NCBI GenBank assembly: GCA_951406725.2
Contig: OX597814.1
Span: 152,024,001-152,088,000, forward strand
Length of the DNA stretch: 64,000 nucleotides
DNA from: Octopus vulgaris
Lineage: Eukaryota
Direction: 5' to 3'
Shown here: positions 12,576-25,784 of the stretch, in pieces
Numbering within the stretch: position 1 is the stretch's first letter
How the letters are laid out: each line of letters begins with the position of its first letter
Notes under the pieces: generated by a model
Database searches by the model: none
What the model was told of the DNA's origin: nothing
What the model saw: only the letters and a program-made list of their open reading frames with translations
Position numbers and translations under genes: made by a program

Positions 12576-13442
12576 CGAAAGCATTCTTGAAAATTACTGC
12601 CTGTCTGTTACTCAAACTGAAATATACTCGTTCGTCGATGATGAAAATTCTATCCTTCCACAGATATTGAGACCCAAATCAGAATAGATTTATGATTTTA
12701 TACTTCCGGCATTATCAGTTTCTGCGCTTCAGTTATAAAATTACATAAATATTATAAGTTGCCTCATAATCCCCATGTGATTATATATATACGGGAAATA
12801 TATCTATACAAGGTCGTAAACATCTAGTTTGTATAAGTTCTACAAGAATGTTATTCAATCTATAGGTTCTAAATTGAAATTAATATTACTCTCACTTAAT
12901 CTTTTGAGATTATTAATGGCAAAGAATCATTATTAATCGTTAAAAGCTCATCAAGATGAGAAAAGTTTGCCAGGCGAATTTATTTAGAGCCAATACAAAG
13001 CCCATGAAGTACAGGAAAACATTAATGTTACTTTTCCCGAGAATCTCATTAAATTCACTCATATATATTAATAAGCATTAACTGAAATACAGAGGAGAAC
13101 TGAAATCAAAGAATCTCATAGGATACTGGGGATTTCCCTACCTTTTGTTAATGTTTCGCTTGTCCCAAGTTAATTCTCATTTAATAGATCTATGATCAAA
13201 GGCTATTTAACGATGACAATCTTGTCTTATTTCTTAATCATAAATAGTACATAAAGGACTGCGTTATGTAATGTGACTTTCCTTTTGAAAAGAGAATTGA
13301 CTATGATTTAGGAAAAAAATTGTGACTGCTATGTGTAGCAGGTCGAACGACTACATAGAGGCCTTCTCATCAGAATGAAAATGAATTGATAAAATATAAT
13401 CGAAGCGGTAAACTATGAAACATTTATTGCAACACTTTATAC

Positions 13443-13510
13443 TCTTCTTCTTCTTCTTCTTCTTCTTCTTCTTCTTCTTCTTCTTCTTCTTCTTCTTCTT
13501 CTTCTTCTTT

Positions 13511-13560
<50 letters not shown>
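13443..13560. repeat. Compound (TTC)n-(ATC)n microsatellite
   Basis: Direct inspection. Confidence 0.95.
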
Positions 13561-13574
13561 GAGCAGCAGCAGTA

Positions 13575-13747
13575 GAGGCAGCTCCTGGCCGAACTGTTAG
13601 AGTATGGTATATAATACTCGGTGAGATCTACTTTGTCCTTCATCCTTTTGGTGTCTTTATAACAAAGTACTAGTGAAGTACAGGATCTCTGTAATCAACT
13701 AAGACCTTTTCCTCAAAAATGCAGGCCTTCTGCTTAAATTAGAAACA

Positions 13748-13797
<50 letters not shown>

Positions 13798-13825
13798 CAT
13801 TATTATTATCATTATTATCATCATC
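13575..13825 (+). mobile_element. Old SINE family B copy with (ATT)n tail
   Basis: ctttgtccttcatccttttggtgtc central motif; aaattagaaacaattattatt tail. Confidence 0.6.
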
Positions 13826-14613
13826 GAAGCAACGTGCTGGCAGAATTGTGTCGGGCAAAATACTGGGAGAGTATTCGATCTCCTGGGGATCGCAAGGTTT
13901 TCATTTTTCTGACTATACAACCGACAACAAGTACGAATCTTCTGGCTGGCACCTTTGCTAAAATATTCATTTCTAATTCTGTGTTGAGCGGAATTAAAGG
14001 TCTTAAATTTTCACTCCCACCCTCTCTTGATTGGATCCTTCCTTAGCAGTGTCATCACTCCTCTCTTTACTAGACTAGGAGTATTCACAGTATGCTGCCA
14101 GCTGCAGTGGACGGCTGCCAAGACAGAAGAGAACAAGTTTAGCATGTAGAAATATAGGTCTTAAGGTAGGCTATCCCATTCTGACGATTTGTGTACCACA
14201 TAGCAACTCAGCACACACGTGACTTCAACTGAACACTTCGCCCGGCGTGCTAACGTTTCTGCTAGCTCGCTGCCTTCAATATTTAAATAGCTATCTATCT
14301 ATATGTATATAGATAGATAGACTGGTGTGAGATGTCTCTTCTTGGCTACCAACTAGTTTCTTTTCTACTCTATTGTTCTCTATAGCGGTCTATATGCTAA
14401 AACTAACATAAGCTTCTATAATTTCTCTTTTTAGAGAAACTCACCATCTGTTGTTGATGATAGCGGACATCAGTTTCCGCTTATCTAGTACACTAATCCG
14501 ATCACCGAAAACTTTCCGCACCGGGACGGATGCCTTCAGTTTCCAATAACCAAATTAATACCTATCTATCTTTTCAAGTTAACTGTAGAGGTCAATAATA
14601 ACAGAGATAGAAA

Positions 14614-14730
14614 CGCAGGCATGGCCAAATGGCCATGCTGTTCACTTCACAATCAGCAGGTATCGGCTTCGAACTCTTTACTTGTAATCTATGGCAAGTG
14701 TCTTTTACTATAACCTCGGAATCGACCAAT
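14614..14730 (+). mobile_element. SINE family A 5' fragment
   Basis: cgcaggcatggccaaatgg...ttcgaactc...ggcaagtgtctttta...gaccaat. Confidence 0.6.
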
Positions 14731-15238
14731 AAGTAGGTAGCTCAGGTGATCAAACAACTGAATTTTCATCGTCGAAACCGACAGAGGATCCAACGTTCAT
14801 AAGTATTTGTCGTTCAGATTTAAATAAAAAATCAAATTCATTCCATTACACCTCGAATGTAAATCGTGAAGTTTCTAATTAAGTGCTGCTGGCATCTCAT
14901 TTCATTCGCAGCCTCTGAGTCAATTCGATTACGTACACAGAGAAAAAATAGGCTTCTAACATTAACTAGATTTGGATTTAAGTAAACTGGCAGAAGGAAA
15001 TGGGAAGTTGAGAAGTTCATTTTGTCTTCGAGAAAAAGAAAATTAGCTGTTTCTGTGCTGTTTAGCCACAGGTAAGCTTGATGGAGCAATCCTCTAATCG
15101 AAAGCAATCCGTTAACGACTTCATCTTTTTACAAATGACTATATATAATGCTCTTAAAACGATATGATATAACTAGAGGGAGAATTTGGTTGAATCTCCT
15201 TCTAGTAGGGCGAGCGACTACGTACAGGCCCTCTTGTA

Positions 15239-15327
<89 letters not shown>

Positions 15328-15399
15328 GTCTGTCTGTCTGTCTGCCTGTCTGTCTATCTGACTGACTGTCTGCCTGTCTGTCTGACTGTCTATACACAC

Positions 15400-15613
15400 A
15401 CGAGAAGGTGCTGAAGAGTCCCTGGTTTTGGGTAAAAAAATACAGGCGAATCGATTAATTATATTATTCAATATATTCCCCTTTCAGATCACACACTTAT
15501 TGCAACCGTCCTTCAATTATTCTAAGCCCTGTAAAAGAACTCGGAAGGTTGGGGTCTCCAACTAGGCCTTTCGGGATACCCTTAGAGCCAGGAACTATTC
15601 AGCACTCCCTCGT
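15400..15613 (+). mobile_element. mariner-derived MITE (about 215 bp)
   Basis: TIRs cgag..ggtgctgaa.agt.cctgg / ccaggaact.ttcagca..ccctcg; homologous copies at 29834-30041 and 61016-61233. Confidence 0.8.
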
Positions 15614-15721
15614 GTTAGAACACCTACATTGCTAGAAATAAAAGCTAACAAGCTCTAATGTTTTAACTACAGCATTAGAACTTTTTAGCTCTTATTTCGA
15701 GCAATGTAGGAGTTCTAACAC
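15612..15721. repeat. 110-bp near-perfect palindrome
   Basis: gtgttagaacacctacattgctagaaataaaagctaacaagctctaatg pairs with cattagaactttttagctcttatttcgagcaatgtaggagttctaacac (5 mismatches over 49 bp). Confidence 0.9.
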
Positions 15722-15740
15722 CCAAGTCATATTTAGTGAG

Positions 15741-15796
<56 letters not shown>

Positions 15797-16642
15797 GTAC
15801 ACATGAATATGTATATGTATGTATGTAAGTGTGTGTATTATATGTGTGTTTGTGTGTGTGTAAATATTAGCAGGTGTTGCAACAATTCCTTATCAAAAGT
15901 ATTCCAGTCATGATCATCTTTTTATTTTCTTCTTTCAGTTATTATGTATCTAAGACTACATTCATGTAGTGCCAATGGCATCCAAGCTGCTAATTTAGAT
16001 GAGGAATTGCAGATAATCTGGCTTCCAAGCCAAAGTCTTCGCTGTTGAAGCGGGATTGAGTGTATTTAGGGTAAATTTGCCTGCTATCTGAGAAAGAGAA
16101 CCATAGCTCTAAAGGTGATGGCAGAAGCAGCCAAAAAAGAGTTCCAACAATGGATCTGGTGAAGGAGGAATGAGAGTGAACTCCAGAAGGTATAATTGAC
16201 CCCATATTCAACTGGCGTGTAGGCCTGCAGCGGTTACAACATCCACAGTATCTTGATCCTAGGGTACCTTGAATACCCAGAGAGATGCAGGGTGAAATGA
16301 GAACAGATGAACAGAGTGTAGCAGCGGAAGAGTATACAGGAGGGGTGATCTGGATGCGGTCCGACCACCTTAGAGTGTTAAGAGTTAAGGACCGCAGTAC
16401 TTGCATGAAGGTTCTCCTTCGCTGAAGAGCTATTCAGCTCCGCCTAGACTTTCTTATCACCTTATAACGAAAGGAACACTATTTTGCATCTAACTATACG
16501 CCAACTTGGTTGCTATTTTTAGCAGATCAGGTGACCAAACTCAAACACTTTTGGCTGTTTTATTTTTTTCTCTCTCTCTGTAAACAAATTAAGAAAATAG
16601 GGTGACGATGCTGGTGGTCGTGGTGTTGGTGTTGATGGAGTC

Positions 16643-16673
<31 letters not shown>

Positions 16674-17941
16674 GTGGTGGTGGATGGTAGAATCAGTAGA
16701 ACGCCGAACAAAAACAAAAATAAATTAATTAAATCCCATCGCCCTCTGGTATTTGTTTACGTCTCTTTAATAACTCAGTTCGAATCTTCAGATCTACGCT
16801 AACTTCCATTCTTTCGAAACCGATAAAGCAAGATTCAGACAAGTACTTGTGTTTATCCAATCAACTAAAAACCCTTGAAGCAGGTGTCCCTGCAAGACCA
16901 CAGTCCACTGAATGGAATCAGTAAAAGAATGACTGCATAAAAGAATGTAAAGGTAACGAAATTCTTTTATTGTTTACCGCTAAGATGTGGAATAATAATG
17001 AATAAAATAAGGACAGAGAGAGAGAGAGAGGAAGAAAACTGAAAAGAAAATGCCATACAAGTTATGATGCACATTGGACACTGTACGAGAGGAAGGCATG
17101 ACACAAGTAAAATACTTCCAAAAGTGTAATTTCCTTTCACTGCAAGCAATTAGTATCAGATAGATAAGTTGATTTAATATTTGTATGTACACACATATGC
17201 ATGTATACATATACGTATATATATATATGTGTCTGTGTGTGTGTATGTGTCTATACATAGGTTTGTATAGATATGTGTATGAGTATATGTATGTATGCGT
17301 GTTTGTATGTATGTATCATGATAAGAATCACTTTCTCAGGGGAGATGACGAAGTCATCAACAGATCTTAGCTTGCCAACCTGATACGATGCTATCAAGTG
17401 TTCTCCTTGGTGCATAATCAATAGATTTCATCTGTCTCCCAGGAACGAATCCGTTAAAGATAGATTCATTGGATAGCTTCAGCAACAAGTAAAGGAAATG
17501 ACAATCATAATCACGATGTTCGGTGGTGGTGGTGATGGTGGTGATAGTGGTGGTGGTGGTGGTGGTGGAGGCGCTGAGGTGTTGGTGGTAATGAGAATTG
17601 AATTGGAAGAGGTTGAAATGATATATTGCTTCTTCTTTGAGCTATCACGGAAACTATAAGTCTCGCAATCTTTGGCACTAATGGCACCTTATTTCGGGGA
17701 AATACTGCAAATGGTTCTATCTTTGGATTTAATCTAAGTCTTTAGTCTTCTGTTTCACCATGAGATTCCCTATTTAACTATACGTTTAACTTCCAAGTCC
17801 CACAGTTTAAGATATTTATACTTCCTAAAATTACCAATATAAATTTATCTAACCTCCTTTTCTTTCACCGTCTCTTCACACACGCTTACACACTCACCTC
17901 TCACACACATATACATTTGGCCATCCATCCATCCATCCATC

Positions 17942-18019
<78 letters not shown>

Positions 18020-18204
18020 TTATCTACGCACACACATATTTATTCATCCATCCTTCCGTCCGTCGGTCTGCCAGCCTTTCTGCCTGTCTGCCTGTCTGCC
18101 TGTCTACCTCTGTCAGTCTGTCTGTCTGTCTGTCTATCTTCGTCTCTCTCACTTCTCTCCCCCTCTCTCTGTCTCTCTTTTTATCTACGTACAGATATAT
18201 GGTG

Positions 18205-18720
18205 GAAGTCAGTTCGTGTCTACGTGTGACAATTTGGGAAGATATAAACTTCTTGAACTTACTATATTCGTTTACAAAGTGAGGGAGCAGCATGGGATTG
18301 CAGGCTAGTTCCAGAATTAGACGAGCTTTGTTTAGACAATCTTTTCTTGGTCCTTTCTGGTGAACATATGAACTGTACTATCTTAAGAAAGAGCTGCTCC
18401 TCGCTATAGATTGGAAAGAAGCGACCAATAAACCAAGACACCAACGTGCAGATTTGAAATTACATACCTAAGATCATAGGTCTCTGTTCCACCACTCCGC
18501 ATAACCTCGGGGCTTTTTGCATTGTGCATTTTCCATGTGTGAAATTAAGCACAATGAGTAAAGCATGCACAGAAATGCACACACGTAGAGATAAGTATGG
18601 CTGAATTGGATCTTGGAGAAATAATGCAAATCCTTCATTCATATGCTACATTTGTTCACGATATGTTGGATTATAAAAAAGATGCAAGACCTTCTTAAGA
18701 TTTAAAGGATGATGGCTAAA
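18205..18720 (-). mobile_element. Probable CR1/L2-type LINE 3' remnant
   Basis: Weak similarity by manual translation to the family at 35330-35720 (aattctggaactagcctg gives 'FWN*P', like 'LWNSLP'). Confidence 0.35.
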
Positions 18721-19829
18721 AAAAAACATTCTACTTCACAACCTTGCTACCAAATCGGTGGTCGGTCAAAATTTACTCAAAAATTAGAAAGAGAAAGAGA
18801 ACATACAAACATACATACATACAAAAAAAATGTAACACTACCTAAAATACTAATCTTGAGAAAGTAGGCTTCTCAAAGCCAGAAAAGAGAAAACTGATTC
18901 GAAGACTACAAATCCAAGCCATGACTAGAACTGCAAAAATCTGTAAAACTTTTCAGAAGTTTATCATTTAAATATATACGGGCATATTTAGACATGTAAC
19001 TATATGCATGAGAATATATACATAAAACAAAACGTACAAATCTGCACACATACATACATACATACATACATACATACATACATACATACATACATACATG
19101 CAAAATGCCCTGTTGATGTTGTTGAAATTACAATGAAGGAGCCTTGGATCTAGGTTAGAAACCGGCTCTCTATTGGCAAGAAATCTTGACATATAACTCA
19201 ATAATTACATAATACATACATACATATATACATACATACATACATATATACAAACATACATACATATTAACACACACACGTATTATGTGCGTACATATAT
19301 ATATACACACAACCACATATCAGAAGGTAATTTAGTTTTTTATCTGTTGCAAACATTTTTTATAAAATTATTATCATTTTCCCTCCCTTCTTCCACAGAA
19401 AAATAACACAAATTTAGATTATCGTTCAGGAACCTTACCCTCAAATTTTTTTCTTATATTCATATTTCTCTGAATTGAATTCAGGACATTTCTAAATTCT
19501 CAGTTGCTATATGATGTCATTAGTTACAAGCTGAAAATAGTCTGTAATCAGTTTTTCTTTTTCCATTTGTTATCACTTAGTGTACGGAAGAAGAAAAGTA
19601 ACAACTATAACCTTTTGAAAACTCTACTAATCAGTGGAATACAAAGTGTTGGGGAAATAGGGAAGTTAGTGCACTAAATTTAGTTTGAACTCTTGTATGT
19701 CAGTGGTTGAAATAAAACAGACAAGGAATAATGTGCTATAAAAGTGTAGAGTGTCAAATATATTTTTTAAGCTAGCATAAAATATAGACTCCACGTTCCC
19801 ATAGATGTATATTAATATATAACGGTAAG

Positions 19830-19924
19830 ATCTAGGGATCAAGGTGTAGCTAGCAGATTACCCCTCGTTTGGGTAGTTACTACTTCCGAGGTTCTGCTAG
19901 CTATGAAACATATGTAGCCTGGAT
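19830..19924 (+). ncRNA. Decayed type I hammerhead-like motif with extended stem II
   Basis: Stem I atctagg/cctggat; stem II gtagctagcaga/tctgctagctat; GAAA; palindromic stem III catatg; GUA site; core reads atcaagg instead of CUGANGA. Confidence 0.45.
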
Positions 19925-20155
19925 TATATATATATATATATATATATATACTACAAAATTAGAGAATGGAGAAACATACTTAAATCAGTAAAACATCAAC
20001 TATCCGATGATACTCAATCCATACTTTAATACACCATTACATATGAGTAAAGGCAATATATAAAATGAAATGAGATATACAGTAATAGTAAAAGTAAAAA
20101 GATAAAGAGATATAAGTAAAAAATTTCAAATATAATATGCAAATAAATCAAAACT

Positions 20156-20195
<40 letters not shown>

Positions 20196-20231
20196 CATAT
20201 AAATACATGCATATATATATGTATATGTATT

Positions 20232-20272
<41 letters not shown>

Positions 20273-20284
20273 GTGTATATATAC

Positions 20285-20322
<38 letters not shown>

Positions 20323-20471
20323 TACATACACACACACACTCACACACACACACACACAACATATATATATTACATACACACGCACACACACACACACACA
20401 CACACAAACATATATATATATATTACATACACATGCACACACTCACTCACACACACACACACATATATATA

Positions 20472-20655
20472 GTTGGAATTTACAAAAAAATAGGACGAAG
20501 ACAGGTGTGTAAACAACAAACGTGTGTATTAATTTAACGCTCGAGAAGGTGAGAAAGTCTTTTACGTTTCGAGCCTACGCTCTTCAACAGAAAGGAACAC
20601 AAGAAAATATACAGAGAGAGAATAAAAAAAAGCTTCAATGGCTAGCGGTCAATCA
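20472..20655 (-). mobile_element. Penelope-like element terminus (pLTR fragment) between microsatellites
   Basis: Contains the hammerhead motif at 20559-20594; bounded by (TA/CA)n and (GA)n. Confidence 0.6.
20559..20594 (-). ncRNA. Minimal type I hammerhead ribozyme (variant core)
   Basis: Minus strand: cttt-CTGTTGA-A-gagc-gtag-gctc-GAAA-cg-TA-aaag; stems I and II perfect, palindromic ACGT stem III, GUA site. Confidence 0.7.
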
Positions 20656-20662
20656 TATATAT

Positions 20663-20720
<58 letters not shown>

Positions 20721-20725
<5 letters not shown>

Positions 20726-20828
20726 ATGGAGATAAATAAATTAAATATCACAGCTTGGTTTTGATATACGAAATATATATAATTGTATATGTATATATAT
20801 ATATATGCGTGTGTGTGTGTGTGTGTGT

Positions 20829-20882
<54 letters not shown>

Positions 20883-21200
20883 ATGCAAACAAAAAGAAAG
20901 CAAGGACCAAAGACTTTCAGAAGGTGAATATTTAAGTATAAATATATAGATATTCATATATTGATAGATCAAACTTACAGAGAGTCATCGTCTGAAAATC
21001 TTCAATCTTTGCTTTCTTTCTGTTTGCAAGTATATCCATTTATATATTTTTCGTATATCATGCCCAACCTGTTATATTTAATTTGTTTATCCACACAATT
21101 GCCTCCTGGTCATTCGGAAAGACATTGCAGTCTAAGTTCGAATCATGAGAACGTCACTAAGTGTTATTTATACCGAGAATCTGTGGATCACATCTGTTGA

Positions 21201-21205
<5 letters not shown>
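20721..21205. repeat. Head-to-head inverted pair of the 10050-10385 repeat family
   Basis: 20884-20927 vs 20985-21028 match at 36/44 as reverse complements; the left arm resumes at about 20721-20795 beyond a (GT)n expansion. Confidence 0.75.
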
Positions 21206-21235
<30 letters not shown>

Positions 21236-21320
21236 TGTATGTATGTATGTATGTATGTATGTATGTATGTATGTATGTATGTATGTATCTATCTATCTAT
21301 CTATCTATCTATCTCTGTAC

Positions 21321-21355
<35 letters not shown>

Positions 21356-21429
21356 TGATAGTAATATATATACATATAAAAAAGTTAAGTTATTGTTAAC
21401 AAAAAGATAGTGAAATTAAAATTGAAATT

Positions 21430-21700
21430 AGAAATACTGATGTTGTATTAGGTCAATGACAATTATTTTGATAAGGTTAGCAAACACAGGAAATAATTCT
21501 GGGAGTTTAGACATCATAAGCGATGCATAGATTTCACTGAACTGTTGTTGAATTTTCAACAGTGATATACCACAAGACGATAAAATAGATAAGCCATCAC
21601 CAAAGTACTCTATTTCCTGAAAGGAAACAGACATTAGATTATGTTTTCTACGAAAAATTCTCAGAATTAAGTTTCTCTTAAAGGTTATCCCGACTACAAA
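21430..21700 (-). pseudogene. Possible hAT-transposase C-terminal remnant
   Basis: 'ELFPVFANLIKIIVI' resembles the start of the hAT dimerization domain ('.LFP.L..L..I.L..P'). Confidence 0.3.
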
Positions 21701-21976
21701 CTATAATATATAGATGATAGATTTCATAGATCACCTTGTTTAACACCACCGCTTAGTCTTTGGTTGCGGCTAAAAATGTCTCCAAACTGTGGCAAGCATT
21801 TGGGCCGGATACCTAGGATTTCAGGGAGAAGGGGTGGTGGCCAAAATGATATCCAGTCGAGGCTGGCTGTCGAAGATTTCCTGTCCATTCAGTATGGAGA
21901 ACGTATACAGACATTAACATAAGTAGAAAAGAGAGAAAGGCAGCAGAAAGAGCTTTTTGTTTTTTAGGGAGCAAGT

Positions 21977-22066
<90 letters not shown>

Positions 22067-22276
22067 ACCAAGAGAGAGAGAATTATTAAGTTGGAAACAA
22101 AGAAGAAAGGATGAGCCGTGATTTAACATCCGGTGGTGACCTATCAACGGGAGGATGTTGTGACTCAGGGTCGAGACACACAACATCCGTTGGGTATTTC
22201 TGACAACATCAGTCAATTCCGCCTTTGTCAAAATTACTTGGAGAAAAGGAGAAGCATCTTCTCTTACATGTAATCA

Positions 22277-22381
<105 letters not shown>

Positions 22382-22439
22382 CATATGCGCGCGCGTGTGT
22401 GTGAGTAAGTATGTGTGCGTGTGTGTGTGCGCCCGTGTA

Positions 22440-22670
22440 TGTACATACCCATGTGTGAGTCCTTGTGTTTGTGCTTGTCCTCCACCACCTCTTGACAACC
22501 GCTGTTGTATTGTTTACGTTCCCGTAACTTAGCGGTTAGGTAAAATAGACAAATGGAATAAGTACCAAGCCTAAAAATAAGTACTGGGGTAGATTTGTTC
22601 GAGCAACCCCTCCCCCCCAACGCTGTGCTCCAGCATGGCTGTAGTTTAATGACTGGAACAAGGAAAAAGA
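22440..22670 (+). mobile_element. SINE family A 3' half
   Basis: cttgacaacc...ccgtaacttagcggtt...gtgctccagcatggctgtag matches 3860-4040. Confidence 0.8.
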
Positions 22671-22697
22671 CACACACACACACTTACACACACACAC

Positions 22698-22742
<45 letters not shown>

Positions 22743-22947
22743 GTGAACAGGCTTGACTGAAACATCATGACGGTTTGAATAAGTTACGGTTGTTTGATCA
22801 AATTGTATTTGTTATACATATGTTATTCTTTTCAGTTAGCAAAAATTAATATATTTATGCCTACAAGTATGACTTATACGTCGTTATAAAATTTTTGAAG
22901 GCTAGTTGCAAAATTGTGCATTATATATTATTATTATGAGCATGATA

Positions 22948-23575
22948 CAAGTTCAAATCCCGACGAGATTTTGTTTCTGGACCGATAAAATAATGTACCA
23001 GTCTAATACTGGGTTAAATGGTATCGATTACTCTACAGTAGTCGATATGCAAAACTGCCTTCAGAACTGTTAACCTTATCTCGAAATCGGAAACAGTTTA
23101 AGCCAGAAGCCACTACTATAATCATGATAAGGCGGTGAGATGGCAGAATCATTAACACACTGCAGAAAATACTTAGCGGCATTATTCCGTCTTTACGATC
23201 TGAGTTCGGATTCTGACTTTGCTTTTCATCATTTCGGGGTCGATAAAATAAGTACTAGTTGAGCATTGGAGTCAGTGAAATCAACTTAACCCCCTCTCTA
23301 AAATTGCTGGTCTGGTGCCAAAATTTGAAATCATTATTACAATCAAGCTAAAGGCGGTGAAATGGCCGAGTCGTTAACAAGTGGAACAAAATGCTTAGCA
23401 GCATTTCTTCCGGTTGAGTTCTGAGCCTAAATTCTCCTAAGGTCAGCTTTACCTTTTTTATATTTTGGGTGTCGATAAAATAAGTAACAGTCAATTCTGA
23501 GGTCGATATAATTGTCTACCCTCCTCTCTCAAATTTTTAGGCTTTTTGCCTATAGTAGAAAAGATTATTGTAATC
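22948..23575 (+). repeat. Three head-to-tail SINE family B copies
   Basis: Heads aaggcggtga at about 23129 and 23351; repeated gtcgataaaataagta motif. Confidence 0.75.
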
Positions 23576-24489
23576 ATTGCAATTTGTTCTCTGCCATCGA
23601 CTTTTTAAATCACGAATTGCAAATATTGTTAGCTCAGCTAATAAAGACAACAGTCAATTATTTGCTTCTTTTCTCTTGCGTAGCTGAATCTTTGTTGAAA
23701 TACGAATTTTAAGTCAATTGAATAAAGTGTTTACAATACATCTATTTTTGTATTTGATATACCATTTCTGTAAACCATTAACGCCTTATTTTCGTAAAAT
23801 TTTGTAGTCCACTTTATATGATTTAATGGTTCGTTGAAGAACAAATTAAACGGTTTGCTGAATAAAAAAAAGAAAAAGAGTAAATGATTAGCTACACAGC
23901 AATTTTATGGCTATATCATATTGTTGTCTCTGAATTACTTTCATATGGCAAGGAAGAATAAGAATTTCAAAAGGCTATCTGTACATAAGGGAATTTAAAA
24001 TAGGTTGTGTCAAAGTCAACTTTTCCTTCATGCCATGGGAAAATAATTCACTTTCTTTTCAGTTTCCCTATCTTAGATATACGTATTTACATTTTGAACT
24101 TAAATTAGCCACTGCATAAAACAGTTCTACAGTGTCATCACATCTTTTTATTCAACTCTGTTTACACATGTCATCCTCAAATAGTTGATATTAAACACAT
24201 CAGCCAGTCACAGATTAATTATTTGATGTACATTTTACTATTCATGAGAACGGATAAAATTGCATGCAGAATTTTAGCTTAAGGAATTCGTAGCTCAACA
24301 CCAGTACCACACATTTTTTAGTAGAAGAATGTAGACAGTTGTATCGAGTCTTGGTATGTTACTAACAATCCTAATTTTCTAAATTTAGGAGGTGTGAGAG
24401 GCGGGATTATAAACCAGGCCGGATACAGCAGAATGCCATATTGATATTTCGTTCGATGCGCTACTAATTCTGCTATCTACATACCATAA

Positions 24490-24718
24490 TATTTTCTAAG
24501 ATAGGTACAAAGCCAAGTATTTAAAGGCACGAGGAACAGTTGATTATGTCGACATAATATTTGACTGGCACCTTATTTTATCGAATCTGTAAAGTTGAAA
24601 GATTGAGTTGACATCGATGAGAATTTAACTCAGAACTTAAAGAAACATAATTAAATACTTCAGGGTATTTTAATCGCGGTTTTGAAAATTTTGTCTATTT
24701 ACTGTCCTCAACAAATCC

Positions 24719-24778
<60 letters not shown>

Positions 24779-24952
24779 CCTTTTTACTATTAGCACAAGG
24801 CCTGAAATTTTGTGGGAGGGGGCCTAGTCCATTACGTCGATCCCAGATCTTGACGCGTACTTATTTCATCGACTCTTAAAGGACGAAAGGCAAAGTCAAC
24901 CTCGGTCACACTTGAACACAGAACGTAAAGAGAGACGAAATGCCGCTAAACC
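24490..24952 (-). repeat. Two SINE family B copies separated by (AAT)n
   Basis: gaaaggcaaagtcaacctcgg and aactcagaac are reverse-complement SINE B motifs; (TAA)n at 24719-24778. Confidence 0.7.
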
Positions 24953-24959
24953 TTTTAGA

Positions 24960-25694
24960 GTCACAAGTGCTTCTCGAGCTATGCTTTCCCTCCGCCTAGA
25001 CTACATGCCCCTTCTGCATTTATCGCCCATGTATAATCAACTACAAACCAGATTACCAGCAAGGTGTCGATGTCGCTACAAATGTCACTCACTGGCAATC
25101 TTGTGTTTCACTGGTCCATATACGCAGAACATGCATAACGGCCATTATATTTGCTTGCAATTTTGTCTTGCTCACGGGCCCAAAAAGCATTCCAGCCAGA
25201 GCATAAGCGTACGAGATCTGCCTCGTTCAACGAACACGATAAGGTCTCACACGTCGATTAGAGCCTCGTTCAATATATTCTTAGAGGGCACATAAAGCAT
25301 CCATTCCTCTTTGGGTTGAATGAATATGTCAATTTCCTTATTCCTCGTTCTTGGAAAGACACATCCCTACCAAAGAATTTTCTTACTGTCTGCGACATTT
25401 GCACAGTTGCGTGTTATTGTCATTATTGTTAAGCAATTTGACAAAATCGCTTTCATTCACATTGTAAACCACACTGCTTTGTTTTACGATATTTTCGTCC
25501 ATTTTATTCTTTCTTGATTTACGCATATTTCATGCAGTTTTCAATGATTTTGTTTGCTCTTTCGGGGTATGGGAGTGTTTGTTTGCTGACATTTTGTGTT
25601 GAATGTCAGCTAACAGAAACAAAAGTTGTGTCCGAATTTTAATCAAAACTAAAGAACCTCAAATAAACTGACACACAAAATGTCATTCAATTCC
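24960..25694 (-). mobile_element. Possible Merlin-like DNA transposon 5' fragment
   Basis: CpG-richer coding-like block; decayed 'VVDY...CRR...LGGG' reminiscent of Merlin 'VVDW..FCRE..IGG.G'; putative GG terminus (ggaattgaatgacattttgtg on the - strand). Confidence 0.25.
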
Positions 25695-25784
25695 AGGGGA
25701 AAAAAATCATAGCGTAACACAGAGACGAAATCACTGTGAAGCACGTCTCCTTATGGCAAAATCCAACAGCAGCAATAACAATAG

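Noticed and set aside
15990-16406. 138-aa ORF in a GC-richer block
   Set aside because: No recognisable domain or splice context; probably a retroelement fragment inserted in a dispersed repeat.
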